Assembly: GCA_016186115.1 (NCBI GenBank)
Contig: JACPMK010000003.1
Coordinates: forward strand, 90,470-154,469
Source: Candidatus Wildermuthbacteria bacterium
Lineage (GTDB): Bacteria; Patescibacteriota; Minisyncoccia; Minisyncoccales; UBA10102
Reading direction: 5' to 3'
Length of the DNA: 64,000 nt
Shown in pieces: positions 19,008 to 28,357 of the stretch. The translations under genes and the position numbers were made by a program. Under the pieces are notes generated by a model. The model was not told the DNA's origin. It made no database searches and saw only the letters and a list, made by a program, of their open reading frames with translations. Within the stretch, counting starts at the first letter, position 1, and each line of letters begins with the position of its first letter.

Positions 19008-19581
19008 ATTTCCTTATTAAACTCATTGCTTGGTCGAGGCCTTGGTCGATGATTGTTTGCAGCATTGCGGGAATACTATCTATTGTTTTGCGTATGGCTT
19101 GCAATTCTTGCGGGGTAAATTTGCGGAGCACGAAATTTTCAACGTCCTCCGGTTTTCCCGCAAGCGGCTGAATGCCAATTCTGATTCTTATAAAATCTTT
19201 TGTCCCGAGCTGCTCAATGATGGACTCCACGCCCTTGTGGCCGGCAGATCCGCTGGCAAAGGAAATTTTGAGTTGGCCAAGGGGCAGATCGATGTCGTCG
19301 TGGACAACGACTAGGTATTTAGTATTTAGTATTTTGTATTTAGCATAAAGCAATTTCGCGGCGAGGCCGGAGTTGTTCATGAGGGTCTGGGGCTTGGCGC
19401 AAAGAACGTCGGCCCCATCGATCCGTCCTTCGGAGATGAGAGATTCCGATTTTTTGTGAAGTTTACATTCGGGAAATTCGAATTTTGCCGCCAGCGCATC
19501 CAGCGCCATAAATCCCGCATTGTGACGGGTATGTTCATATTGCTTTCCCGGGTTGCCAAGACCAATGATGAGGTATTTCAT
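19006..19581 (-). CDS. pth: Peptidyl-tRNA hydrolase
   Basis: IGLGNPGKQYEHTRHNAGF, KPQTLMNNSG, HDDIDLP, GHKG. Confidence 0.97.
   Translation of the reverse strand: MKYLIIGLGNPGKQYEHTRHNAGFMALDALAAKFEFPECKLHKKSESLISEGRIDGADVLCAKPQTLMNNSGLAAKLLYAKYKILNTKYLVVVHDDIDLPLGQLKISFASGSAGHKGVESIIEQLGTKDFIRIRIGIQPLAGKPEDVENFVLRKFTPQELQAIRKTIDSIPAMLQTIIDQGLDQAMSLIRK
19314..19348 (-). repeat. 7-bp-period repeat inside pth
   Basis: + strand GGTATTT AGTATTT AGTATTT TGTATTT AGCATAA, encodes YAKYKILNTKY. Confidence 0.88.
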
Positions 19582-19649
19582 ACTCTATGTAAGAGATTAT
19601 ATCACTTCTTGAAAATGCCTGAAAATCTGTTATGATAGAGCAGTACTTT

Positions 19650-20210
19650 ATGAAAAATTTCCTCGGCATTGTCAAAGAGTTCCTTATCATTGGGTTTATT
19701 GTTTTGGTTATCGTAGTGCCGTTGCGAACATTGGTTTTCCAGCCATTTTTGGTGCGCGGCAGCTCCATGGAGCCAAATTATCACAACGGAGATTATCTTA
19801 TCGTTGATGAGCTGTCCTACCGATTGCGCGAACCAGAGAGAGGAGAAGTCATTGTTTTTCAGTTTCCGGGCAATCCCTCACAAAGATATATTAAAAGAAT
19901 TGTGGGGCTTCCGGGTGAAACGATAGAGATAAAAGATGGCAAGGTTGTGCTGTATAATGAGGTGGGGGGAAGGAAAGCGGTAGTATTGGATGAGTCACCG
20001 TACCTTTCTTCGCAGACCGAAACCACTGGTTCTCTGAAGGTCACGTTGAAGAGTAATGAATATTTCGTCTTGGGCGATAACCGGTTATTCTCTTCCGATT
20101 CAAGGGCATGGGGAGTATTGCCTCGCGATAAAATCATTGGAAGGGTATTGATACGAGTATTTCCCGTAAGCGGGCTGGCATATATTCAAGCCCCTAATTA
20201 TTCTTACTAA
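19650..20210 (+). CDS. lepB: Signal peptidase I
   Basis: GSSMEPN (Ser), YIKRIVGLPGE (Lys), GDNR..SSDSR. Confidence 0.96.
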   Translation: MKNFLGIVKEFLIIGFIVLVIVVPLRTLVFQPFLVRGSSMEPNYHNGDYLIVDELSYRLREPERGEVIVFQFPGNPSQRYIKRIVGLPGETIEIKDGKVVLYNEVGGRKAVVLDESPYLSSQTETTGSLKVTLKSNEYFVLGDNRLFSSDSRAWGVLPRDKIIGRVLIRVFPVSGLAYIQAPNYSY

Positions 20211-20215
20211 ATAGC

Positions 20216-21532
20216 ATGGCACCAAAATTAAAATTTCAGACCCCAACTGGTATCCACGATATACTGCCCGAAGATCAGCCGTATTTTCAAAAGATTTATT
20301 CGGTTGTTGATGAAATTGCTTCGTATTATGGCTTTGACCGTATTGATATACCGATTCTTGAGGATGCCCAGCTTTATGAAAAGGGCACCGGCGCAACCAC
20401 CGATATCGTAGAAAAACAAATGTACGTGTTGAAAACAAAGGGAGGCGATTTTCTGGCGTTGCGCCCGGAATTTACTCCGGGCATTGCCCGCGCCCACATT
20501 CAGCATGGCATGATCGCCTTGCCCCAGCCCGTGAAATTATATACCACAGGGCCATTGTTTCGCTACGAGCATCCGCAGGCAGGAAGGTATCGTCAGTTCC
20601 ATCAGGTTGATTTCGAGGTTTTTGGCGAACAGAGCCCTTCCATTGATGCTCAAATTATTCAAATTTTCTACGCGATTTTATCAGAACTCAAATTTTCTCA
20701 TTTGATTATCGAAGTAAACAGTATTGGCGATTATCAGTGCCGGCCATATTATAAAAAAGTTCTTTCTGGATTTTTCCGCTCACGACAAAATTCACTATGC
20801 GTTGACTGCCGAAGGCGGCTCAAGATCAATCCCTTGCGGATTCTCGATTGCAAAGAAGAAAAGTGTAAAAGAGTAAGGTCGCAAGCGCCCCAGATCATCG
20901 ATCACTTGTGCGAAGAATGCAAAAATCATTTCAAGTCGCTTCTGGAGTTTCTTGATGAGGCCGACATTCCCTATCATTTGGATCCCTATCTGGTGCGAGG
21001 GCTTGATTACTACACCAAGACCGTATTTGAAGTTTTTTCTGACAAGATTGCTGTTCCGCAGCCCGAATCCGGCGAGGAAAACCAGGAACCTGTGCGAAAT
21101 GCATTAGCAGGGGGCGGCCGTTATGATGCGCTGGTAAAGCTATACGGAGGAAAGGATACTCCGGCTTCGGGAGCCGCGGCGGGCGTAGAGCGTATTGTTT
21201 CTTTGATGAAGCAAATGGGAACTGTGTCTCTTAAAGTTCAGCAGCCAAAAATTTTTCTTGCCCAACTTGGAGATCTTGCCAAAAAGAAGAGCTTGAAACT
21301 TATGGAGGAGTTTCGAAGGGCAAATATTCTTGTTGCAGAATCATTGGGGAGGGATTCTTTGCGCAGCCAGTTGGGCAGAGCAGATAAATTGCATGTTGAG
21401 TACACCCTTATCTTGGGGCAAAAGGAGGTTTTAGAAAATTCGATCGTCATAAGAAAGATGGACACTGGAGAACAAGCAACTGTTTCCCTAGATAAAGCAG
21501 TAGAAGAGGTAAAACGGCGACTTAAAAAGTAA
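20216..21532 (+). CDS. hisS: Histidine--tRNA ligase
   Basis: LRPEFT, GRYRQFHQ, LVRGLDYY, GGGRYD. Confidence 0.98.
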   Translation: MAPKLKFQTPTGIHDILPEDQPYFQKIYSVVDEIASYYGFDRIDIPILEDAQLYEKGTGATTDIVEKQMYVLKTKGGDFLALRPEFTPGIARAHIQHGMIALPQPVKLYTTGPLFRYEHPQAGRYRQFHQVDFEVFGEQSPSIDAQIIQIFYAILSELKFSHLIIEVNSIGDYQCRPYYKKVLSGFFRSRQNSLCVDCRRRLKINPLRILDCKEEKCKRVRSQAPQIIDHLCEECKNHFKSLLEFLDEADIPYHLDPYLVRGLDYYTKTVFEVFSDKIAVPQPESGEENQEPVRNALAGGGRYDALVKLYGGKDTPASGAAAGVERIVSLMKQMGTVSLKVQQPKIFLAQLGDLAKKKSLKLMEEFRRANILVAESLGRDSLRSQLGRADKLHVEYTLILGQKEVLENSIVIRKMDTGEQATVSLDKAVEEVKRRLKK

Positions 21533-21547
21533 AGACGAAAAAGGACA

Positions 21548-21865
21548 ATGGAATGTCTTTTCTGCAAAATTGTAAACAAAGAGGAGCCTGCAACACTGGT
21601 CTACGAAGACGAGCGATTTGTGGTTTTTAAAGATATTCATCCCAAGGCCCCTTTCCATGTGTTGATTGTGCCGAGAAAGCATATTGCTTCGGTTGCAGAA
21701 TTGGGAGAGCAAGATAAAGAATTGATTGCAGAGATGATATTTGTGGCAAAACATATCGCCGAAGAACAAAAGTTTCCGGGATATAAGCTTCAGTTTAATG
21801 TCGGCAGACAAGGAGGCCAAATAGTTGACCATTTACACCTTCATCTGCTAGGATATCCTTTATGA
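21548..21865 (+). CDS. HIT family nucleotide-binding protein
   Basis: CLFCKI, DIHPKAP, HLHLHLL histidine triad. Confidence 0.95.
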   Translation: MECLFCKIVNKEEPATLVYEDERFVVFKDIHPKAPFHVLIVPRKHIASVAELGEQDKELIAEMIFVAKHIAEEQKFPGYKLQFNVGRQGGQIVDHLHLHLLGYPL

Positions 21866-22098
21866 ACAACATGCAAGATCATATGCCGCTTGAGGTGAGG
21901 AAAAATGAACGAGAGACCAATCTCTCTCTCATTCGCCGTTTTACCAAACGCTTGCGGGCGAGCGGTATTTTAAATTCGGCGAAAAGGGCTCGTTTCCGCG
22001 CGAGGCCGAAAAGTGAACAGACCAAAAAGAAAGCAGCTATCCGTCGCCTGGAGAAAAGACAGGAGTACGAAAAGTTAGTGAAGCTCGGGAAAATATAG
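21862..22098 (+). CDS. rpsU: 30S ribosomal protein S21
   Basis: Small basic protein, SLIRRFTKR...PKSEQTKKKAA; lies between HIT and yqeY genes. Confidence 0.8.
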   Translation: MNNMQDHMPLEVRKNERETNLSLIRRFTKRLRASGILNSAKRARFRARPKSEQTKKKAAIRRLEKRQEYEKLVKLGKI

Positions 22099-22107
22099 GA
22101 CTTTTCA

Positions 22108-22605
22108 ATGGCATCGCGACAACAAATTCAAGAAGACCTCAAGGATGCCCTGCGCAAAGGGGATGCCGTGAAGGTGGGAGCATTACGCATGCTCTCTTCT
22201 TCGTTTATAGAGAAACAAAAAGCAAAACGCTATAAAATTTGGAAAGAAAATCCAAGTATCGCCGAAGCAGAACTTCAGCAAAAAAGCGAATTGTCGGAGG
22301 AGGAAATAGAAGAAGTCATCGCGTCCGAAACAAAAAAGCGCAGAGAGTCAATCGAGGCATTCGAAAAGGGAGGGCGGCAGGATTTGGTAGTGAAAGAGAA
22401 AAGGGAATTAGAAGTACTGCAGGGGTATCTTCCCCAGCAGCTTTCAGAAGAAGAACTACGCGCACTGGTAAAAGAAGCCATCGCAAAAACAGGCGCCGCA
22501 GGGCCAAAAGACATGGGCAAGGTTATGGCAGAACTAATGCCCAAAGTAAAAGGCAAATCCGACGGCGCCATTGTGAGCAGAATCGTAAAAGAATCTCTAA
22601 CGTAA
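22108..22605 (+). CDS. GatB/YqeY domain protein
   Basis: KKRRESIEAFEKGGRQDL, YLPQQLSEEEL, KDMGKVM. Confidence 0.93.
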   Translation: MASRQQIQEDLKDALRKGDAVKVGALRMLSSSFIEKQKAKRYKIWKENPSIAEAELQQKSELSEEEIEEVIASETKKRRESIEAFEKGGRQDLVVKEKRELEVLQGYLPQQLSEEELRALVKEAIAKTGAAGPKDMGKVMAELMPKVKGKSDGAIVSRIVKESLT

Positions 22606-23078
22606 TGGATGAGCAAGATACAAAAGTTTTTGCGAAAGATATCTGGAAAGCATTTGGAGCTGCCGTTCTCATTATGATGGTTGGGCTGGGAATTTTGGCA
22701 TGGCAATATCAGCGTTTGGCGAAGAATCGCGTGGGAACTCTTGAAGAGCAAATGAAGCGGCAGCAGGAGCTCATAAGCCGTATGGAAGAAAGAGACGCAG
22801 AAGATGTGGTGCGTCTATTTCTCAATGCCCGGGTTTCAGGCAATCAAGCCGAAGTTACCCAATACGTTACCGAGGGAGCAATGGAGGATATCTCGCAAGG
22901 GAAAATCCGTTTTGAAGGATTTACTGCCTACGAAATTCTCAAACGAGAACGTCTCGGAGAAAATGAGTTTCGTTTTCAGGCAAAATTACTTGCTCCAATT
23001 CCCCAGCCGATTGAAATCATACGAGTTATTCGTATGGATGGGCGTTATTATATTGAAAGCGTAGACATAGTTGGTTAG
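22605..23078 (+). CDS. Hypothetical membrane-anchored protein
   Basis: TAATG-coupled start, N-terminal TM helix followed by coiled coil. Confidence 0.75.
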   Translation: MDEQDTKVFAKDIWKAFGAAVLIMMVGLGILAWQYQRLAKNRVGTLEEQMKRQQELISRMEERDAEDVVRLFLNARVSGNQAEVTQYVTEGAMEDISQGKIRFEGFTAYEILKRERLGENEFRFQAKLLAPIPQPIEIIRVIRMDGRYYIESVDIVG

Positions 23079-23080
23079 TT

Positions 23081-23794
23081 ATGGCAAAGCGCCGTTCCCA
23101 TGCCAAAAAAAGCTCTCTTATCATTCGAGTTGGCCTCCTTTTTCTTTTTGGACTAGTCGGAGGTATTTTTGTATATCAATTTTTGATAAAGACACCCGGC
23201 AAAGAGCAGAATAATGAAAACGAGAATCAAGCAAAAAAAACCCAGCAGCCAGCAAGCAACAGTCAAGAAATTCCTCAATGGGGCGACCAAGCGAATGAGA
23301 TAGCGCGCATTCTTCAGTCGGCATTTCAGGGCTGTATGAGTATACCTATCCAAATTTTTGCGGAGAAAGATATCTCTGGAGACGGTGTTCCCGAGGCAAT
23401 GGTGAACAACGGGTGCGTAGGAGCTTATACCGAAGAAGTAGTGCTTTTTCGTTTTTCCGATGGGAAGCCGCTTTTGGCTTCTTTTGCTACGTCGAATGGC
23501 GATCCTTTGCCTGCGGAAGTTTTTCTCGATGGAGCATCTGCTCTTCATTATGAGTTTTTCGGAATGATACCCGAGCTTCGCCTACTCTATCAGGCCAGCG
23601 GAAGCGCATCTTCTGAAAAATGCATTGTGGAATGGGATGTGCGCGCGTTTCGTTGGGATAAGGATCGTCAATCTTTTGTATCAGACAAAAACATCGTTCC
23701 GGAAATTATGCGTTTGGATATAAAGCGGTTTCCGCGCTATTTTGATCCGGAATCGGGTCCGGTTGCTTCTCCGGTAAAAAATTGCACGAGCTAG
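23081..23794 (+). CDS. Hypothetical membrane-anchored extracytoplasmic protein
   Basis: Basic N-terminus + TM helix, DISGDGVPE Dx[DN]xDG-like loop. Confidence 0.75.
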   Translation: MAKRRSHAKKSSLIIRVGLLFLFGLVGGIFVYQFLIKTPGKEQNNENENQAKKTQQPASNSQEIPQWGDQANEIARILQSAFQGCMSIPIQIFAEKDISGDGVPEAMVNNGCVGAYTEEVVLFRFSDGKPLLASFATSNGDPLPAEVFLDGASALHYEFFGMIPELRLLYQASGSASSEKCIVEWDVRAFRWDKDRQSFVSDKNIVPEIMRLDIKRFPRYFDPESGPVASPVKNCTS

Positions 23795-23827
23795 CTTGCG
23801 CAATTTTTCAAACCCCGCGTTTCATTA

Positions 23828-24115
23828 TTATTCACGCACAAATCCTATTTTCGGATCTTCCGCGTGTTTGACTTTTGGCTTGGGAGATTGAATTTGTAGT
23901 TCCCCGTGTTTATGTTCGTAGGCATCGAGCTGCTTTTGCAAAAGAAGCATAATGCGCTTGGCATGCTTTGGCGAGGTTTGATACTTACGCGCCCGATTTC
24001 CAGAGGCGAATGTGAGTTCAAATAATTCGTCATCCGATACTACATTTACCTGCGTTAATGCATATATAATAGGATCGACGATAAGATTTTGATCTTGGCA
24101 CTGTTCTTCTTCCAT
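23828..24115 (-). CDS. DUF3467-like small protein
   Basis: SPKHAKRIMLLLQKQLDAYEHKHGEL pattern. Confidence 0.6.
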   Translation of the reverse strand: MEEEQCQDQNLIVDPIIYALTQVNVVSDDELFELTFASGNRARKYQTSPKHAKRIMLLLQKQLDAYEHKHGELQIQSPKPKVKHAEDPKIGFVRE

Positions 24116-24290
24116 AGGTACAGAACTTCAAATGTGCGGGCGCATCGAGCGAATGCGCGCACAAAAAAAGTCCTAAAAGAGGTACTATTTTTTAATAGTT
24201 CTCGACATCAACTCTATTTTATTCGATCTAGCATATTTGTCAATTGACAAACTCATCAATTATATTACTGATGTGCTTTGTTTCTCTCTC

Positions 24291-24320
24291 TTGCCAACAG
24301 CAAAGAAGAAGAGATACAAT
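24291..24320 (+). promoter_or_regulatory. Sigma70 promoter for ybeY-ftsA-ftsZ-comEC
   Basis: TTGCCA-18 nt-TACAAT, 15 nt before the ybeY ATG. Confidence 0.5.
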
Positions 24321-24335
24321 AGTATTGATCCAACA

Positions 24336-24740
24336 ATGGTAAAGATTACAAATCTTTCGCATGAGAAGGTTGATGCGCTGTTTCTCAAGAGGATAGCATA
24401 TAACATTCTTGAACGGGAGCAGCAAAAAAATGCGGATCTTTCGATCGTGCTGGTTGACGCCCAAAAAGCAAAGCAGTTACATCGCATGTACCGCGGCAAA
24501 GATTCTATTCCTAATGTCCTTTCCTTTGAAGAACCGGAGCTTGGCTTGGGAGAAATTGTATTATGCCCCGTTCGGATTAGGAAAGATGCCAAGAAATATG
24601 GTATAACATACAAAGAAGAGCTTGGAAGGATGCTCATTCATGGAGTGTTGCATCTTCTTGGCTACGATCACGAAGCGGGGCGAATAAAAGAGCACGAAAT
24701 GACAAAAAAGGAAATGTATTATTACAATGAAACTCCATAG
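24336..24740 (+). CDS. ybeY: rRNA maturation endoribonuclease YbeY
   Basis: NVLSF, LGEIVLC, HGVLHLLGYDH. Confidence 0.95.
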   Translation: MVKITNLSHEKVDALFLKRIAYNILEREQQKNADLSIVLVDAQKAKQLHRMYRGKDSIPNVLSFEEPELGLGEIVLCPVRIRKDAKKYGITYKEELGRMLIHGVLHLLGYDHEAGRIKEHEMTKKEMYYYNETP

Positions 24741-25929
24741 TATTGCTGCGTTGGATTTAGGAACCCATTCTTTGAAAATGGTAGTAGCGCGACAAAATGA
24801 AGGCGGCGAATTTGAGATTGTCGCCGCAGCCCAAGAGCCCTCTTCGGGGGTACGAAAAGGAACAATCGTAAATCCGGATGAGGTTGCAAAAAAGATTGGA
24901 ATTCTCATGGGCAAGGTGGAAAGCATGGCTTCTTTGCCAATTACAGAATTCGTGGTTAATATTGGCGGAGGGCACATTTTTATTACTCCTTCCCATGGCA
25001 TTGTCGCGGTATCTCGCGCCGATGGCAATGTTTCGCAAGAGGATGTAGAGCGAGTGTTGCAGGCAGCCCAAGCATTGTCATTGGAATCAAATAAAGAGGT
25101 ACTTGACGTGATACCAAAGGAATTTATTGTTGACGGTACGGGAGGATTAAGAGAAGTAGTAGGGATGAAGGGCGTACGACTCGAAGTGAATGTGCTTGCA
25201 TTGTGCGCATTTTCCCCATACATGAAGCACTTGAGCGATGCAGTGCTTTCGAGCGGGGTTGGAATCGCTGATATGGTCGTGTCGCCACTGGCAGATGCGG
25301 CCGCAGTTCTTAGCCCCCGACAAAAGGAAGTGGGAGCCGCGGTCATTGATATTGGCGCGGGAACGACGGGTCTGGCAGTATTTGAAGAAGGAGATTTGAT
25401 CCATACGAGCGTGTTGCCTGTTGGCTCTGAAAACATTACCAATGATATTGCGATTGGATTACGGGTTGATCCTGCTCTTGCAGAACGGATTAAGCTTGAG
25501 TATGGGATATTGGCCTCGAAGGGGAAAAAGATACAAAAAATTGCTTTGGACAATGGGACGCACTTTTCATTCTCTCAAAAGCTCCTTTCTCATATTATCG
25601 AGGCGCGTATCAATGAGATTTTTCAATGTATTCAAAGAGAATTGAAGCAAGTTGAACGACAGGAAAAGTTGCCAGCAGGAATTATTTTGACGGGAGGGGG
25701 AGCAAAGCTTCCTTCCCTTGCGGACTTTGCAAGGAAAGAATTAAAACTTTCGACCAAGGTTGGCCTGCCCAGTGGGATTGTAGGTTTCCCGGAAGATCCT
25801 GCGTTTGCCGTTGCCTTGGGGTTATTATACCGGGGGATCGAACTCCAGGAATACGCTCCCCGGACTTTCCTTGAGGATAACCCTTTTCTCCAAAGAATAA
25901 AAAAAGTATTCCGGCTTTTCATTCCGTAA
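24727..25929 (+). CDS. ftsA: Cell division protein FtsA
   Basis: LDLGT, IDIGAGTT, AERIKLEYG, LTGGGAKL, C-terminal amphipathic helix. Confidence 0.96.
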   Translation: MKLHSIAALDLGTHSLKMVVARQNEGGEFEIVAAAQEPSSGVRKGTIVNPDEVAKKIGILMGKVESMASLPITEFVVNIGGGHIFITPSHGIVAVSRADGNVSQEDVERVLQAAQALSLESNKEVLDVIPKEFIVDGTGGLREVVGMKGVRLEVNVLALCAFSPYMKHLSDAVLSSGVGIADMVVSPLADAAAVLSPRQKEVGAAVIDIGAGTTGLAVFEEGDLIHTSVLPVGSENITNDIAIGLRVDPALAERIKLEYGILASKGKKIQKIALDNGTHFSFSQKLLSHIIEARINEIFQCIQRELKQVERQEKLPAGIILTGGGAKLPSLADFARKELKLSTKVGLPSGIVGFPEDPAFAVALGLLYRGIELQEYAPRTFLEDNPFLQRIKKVFRLFIP

Positions 25930-25936
25930 TTTTTCT

Positions 25937-26872
25937 ATGAACCAAGGAACTATTATTAAAGTTATAGGAATTGGAGGAGCCGGCGGCAACGCAATCAATC
26001 GTATGATGCAGGCAAAGGTGAAGGGGATTGAGTTGATTGCCGTCAATACTGATGCCCAGGACTTAAAAAAGATCAGAGCCCATCAAAAAGTTCGCATTGG
26101 AAACGAAAGCACGCAGGGATTGGGGGCAGGCATGAATCCTGAAATTGGCAGACGAGCGGCAGAGGAGAGCAGAGAGGAATTGACCCAGGTATTGCGCGGA
26201 GCAGACATGGTGTTTCTTGCTGCCGGGCTTGGGGGAGGGACTGGCGGAGGAGCAATTGCTATTCTTGCAGAAATTGCAAAGAGCCAAGGAGCTCTTACCA
26301 TTGCCGTTGTTACCAAGCCCTTTTCTTTCGAAGGAGCATGGCGTATGCGATTAGCCGATAAAGCGCTGGAGGAGTTGCGCGGAAAGGTGGATACGCTGCT
26401 TGTGATTCAGAATGATCAGATTGTAAAGCTTTCTGACGCCGAGACCACAGTGCTTGATGCGTTTTGGAAAGCAGATGAGATTTTGCGACAGGCCGTGCAA
26501 GGGATCTCCGATCTTATTGTAATGCCCGGGATTATTAATCTTGATTTTGCGGATGTAAAGAGCATCATGGGGCATTCCGGGCAGGCAGTATTTGGTATGG
26601 GGCGGGCAAAAGGCGAAAAGCGCATCGAATTTGCGCTTGAGATGGCTCTTCAGTCGCCCCTCCTTGATATGTCAATCAAGGGAGCGCGTGGAGTATTGTT
26701 TAATATTGCAGGCGCAGAAGATATCAGCTTGGGTGAGGTTCAGGAAGCGGCGCAAAAAATCAAAGAAAAAGTTTCTCCGCATGCCAAAATTATCTTTGGA
26801 GCGGTGTATGATAAAAGTTTAAAGCAGGGCGAAGTGAAGCTGACAATCATTGCTACCGGATTTGATCGCTAG
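25937..26872 (+). CDS. ftsZ: Cell division protein FtsZ (no C-terminal tail)
   Basis: GIGGAGGNA, NTDAQ, GLGAGMNP, GGGTGGG, INLDFADV, IATGF. Confidence 0.96.
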   Translation: MNQGTIIKVIGIGGAGGNAINRMMQAKVKGIELIAVNTDAQDLKKIRAHQKVRIGNESTQGLGAGMNPEIGRRAAEESREELTQVLRGADMVFLAAGLGGGTGGGAIAILAEIAKSQGALTIAVVTKPFSFEGAWRMRLADKALEELRGKVDTLLVIQNDQIVKLSDAETTVLDAFWKADEILRQAVQGISDLIVMPGIINLDFADVKSIMGHSGQAVFGMGRAKGEKRIEFALEMALQSPLLDMSIKGARGVLFNIAGAEDISLGEVQEAAQKIKEKVSPHAKIIFGAVYDKSLKQGEVKLTIIATGFDR

Positions 26873-26876
26873 GAGA

Positions 26877-28340
26877 ATGATCCCTTTCCTTTTATGCCTC
26901 GCATTTCTCGCGGGCATTTTTATTTCTTCTGTCATTACTATTTCGTTGTGGCAGATTTTTTTTATTTTTACTGCAGGGATTTTTCTCCTTATTTTTACTT
27001 GGCGAACATACCCCAAGATTGTATTGGGACTGCTTTGCATTGCTTTTGGATTTGGTGCTTTGCGCATATTCTTTGCCTATTCGGAAATTGAGCAACAGCA
27101 GCTCCTTTTTGCAGAGATTATCGGGCATCAGGTGGAAGTTACTGCCCGGGTAGTGAAAGAACCCACTCCCCAGGGAAGCCAACTTCGTATTTTTGTAAAA
27201 CCAGAACATCTTGATGCTAAAGTTTTGGTGTATGCCCCGAGAAAAGATGGCATTCATTATGGCGACACCATTTCTATTCGCGGGACTTTGCAGCAGCCGC
27301 CCCAATTTGCTGATTTTTCCTATCGCGACTTTCTTTTGCGCCAAGGCGTCTATGCGGTGCTCTATACGAAAGAAATTCAATTGCAAAAGCAATCTGCGAA
27401 CCAAGGAATATTCCTTGCGTTTTGGCAGCAGATGGAAGGAATAAAAAATGGATTGAGAACTCTTATTCTCCAGCGTTTTCCGTATCCCCAGGATCAGATG
27501 GTTGCCGGACTTGTGCTTGGAGATCAGGATACGCTCTCGCAAGAACTTCGCGATCAGTTAAATCGCAGCGGCGTGCGGCACATCATGGCAATTTCTGGAA
27601 TGAATATTGTTATCTTGATTAATATTGCCATGGCATTTCTTTTGGGAATTGGGCTATGGCGAAAGCACGCGATTTTCCTTGTTCTTTTCTTGATAGGGGC
27701 TTATGTGACCTTTACGGGTTTGCAGCCATCAGCAATACGGGCAGGAATTATGGGGAGCACTTTTTTAATTGCCCAGATTATGGGCAGGCCGGGAAATGAT
27801 TTGCGAATTCTGCTCTATGCTGCGGTTGCGATGCTCGTTTTTCAGCCGTTATGGCTTTTTGATATTGGATTTCTCCTTTCGTTTTTCGCAGTGCTTGGCA
27901 TGATTGCATTTTTGCCTTTTTTAAAGAAGGCCTTGTGTCGCGTGCCGAGTATTCTTGGGATAAAACAGACCCTTGCGACTACGCTTTCTGCTCAAGCATT
28001 TACCTTGCCCATTATGATTTCAAATTTCGGGTATTTTTCTCTCGTATCGCTGGTCACTAATATTCTCGTCCTCCCTCTGATGCCATTTTTGCTTGGCTTT
28101 GGAGCTCTGTTTCTTTTCGTGGGTTCCCTGTTCGGCACGATCGGAGGATTTTTGCTTTCTTTGCCTTTGGTTTGGTTGCTTTCCTACTTCTTTTGGGTGG
28201 TAGATTTTTTTGCGGATATTCCTTTTGCAGTTCTTCAGTTTTCTGGAACTGGTTTGCTGATTCCCATATTCATTGCTGTTCCTCTTGCTTTTGCCGCTTG
28301 GAAATTGCGCAGAAGAAGTGAATTTCTGCCTTATGAGTAG
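26877..28340 (+). CDS. comEC: ComEC/Rec2 competence membrane protein
   Basis: HIMAISGMN, SAIRAGIM, GFLLSF; DUF4131 + competence domains, many TM helices. Confidence 0.92.
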   Translation: MIPFLLCLAFLAGIFISSVITISLWQIFFIFTAGIFLLIFTWRTYPKIVLGLLCIAFGFGALRIFFAYSEIEQQQLLFAEIIGHQVEVTARVVKEPTPQGSQLRIFVKPEHLDAKVLVYAPRKDGIHYGDTISIRGTLQQPPQFADFSYRDFLLRQGVYAVLYTKEIQLQKQSANQGIFLAFWQQMEGIKNGLRTLILQRFPYPQDQMVAGLVLGDQDTLSQELRDQLNRSGVRHIMAISGMNIVILINIAMAFLLGIGLWRKHAIFLVLFLIGAYVTFTGLQPSAIRAGIMGSTFLIAQIMGRPGNDLRILLYAAVAMLVFQPLWLFDIGFLLSFFAVLGMIAFLPFLKKALCRVPSILGIKQTLATTLSAQAFTLPIMISNFGYFSLVSLVTNILVLPLMPFLLGFGALFLFVGSLFGTIGGFLLSLPLVWLLSYFFWVVDFFADIPFAVLQFSGTGLLIPIFIAVPLAFAAWKLRRRSEFLPYE

Positions 28341-28357
28341 CATGGTATGATACCATA

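Noticed and set aside
22239..22604. N-terminal extension of the 279-aa ORF
   Set aside because: It overlaps yqeY in another frame; the real start is likely the coupled ATG at 22605
24132..24162. Hairpin TGTGCG...CGCACA upstream of the DUF3467-like gene as a riboswitch
   Set aside because: Single imperfect stem with no recognisable aptamer motif
24561..25553. Long antisense ORFs (this one, 51230-51994, 723-1241 and similar)
   Set aside because: Shadows of well-supported opposite-strand genes with no recognisable motifs
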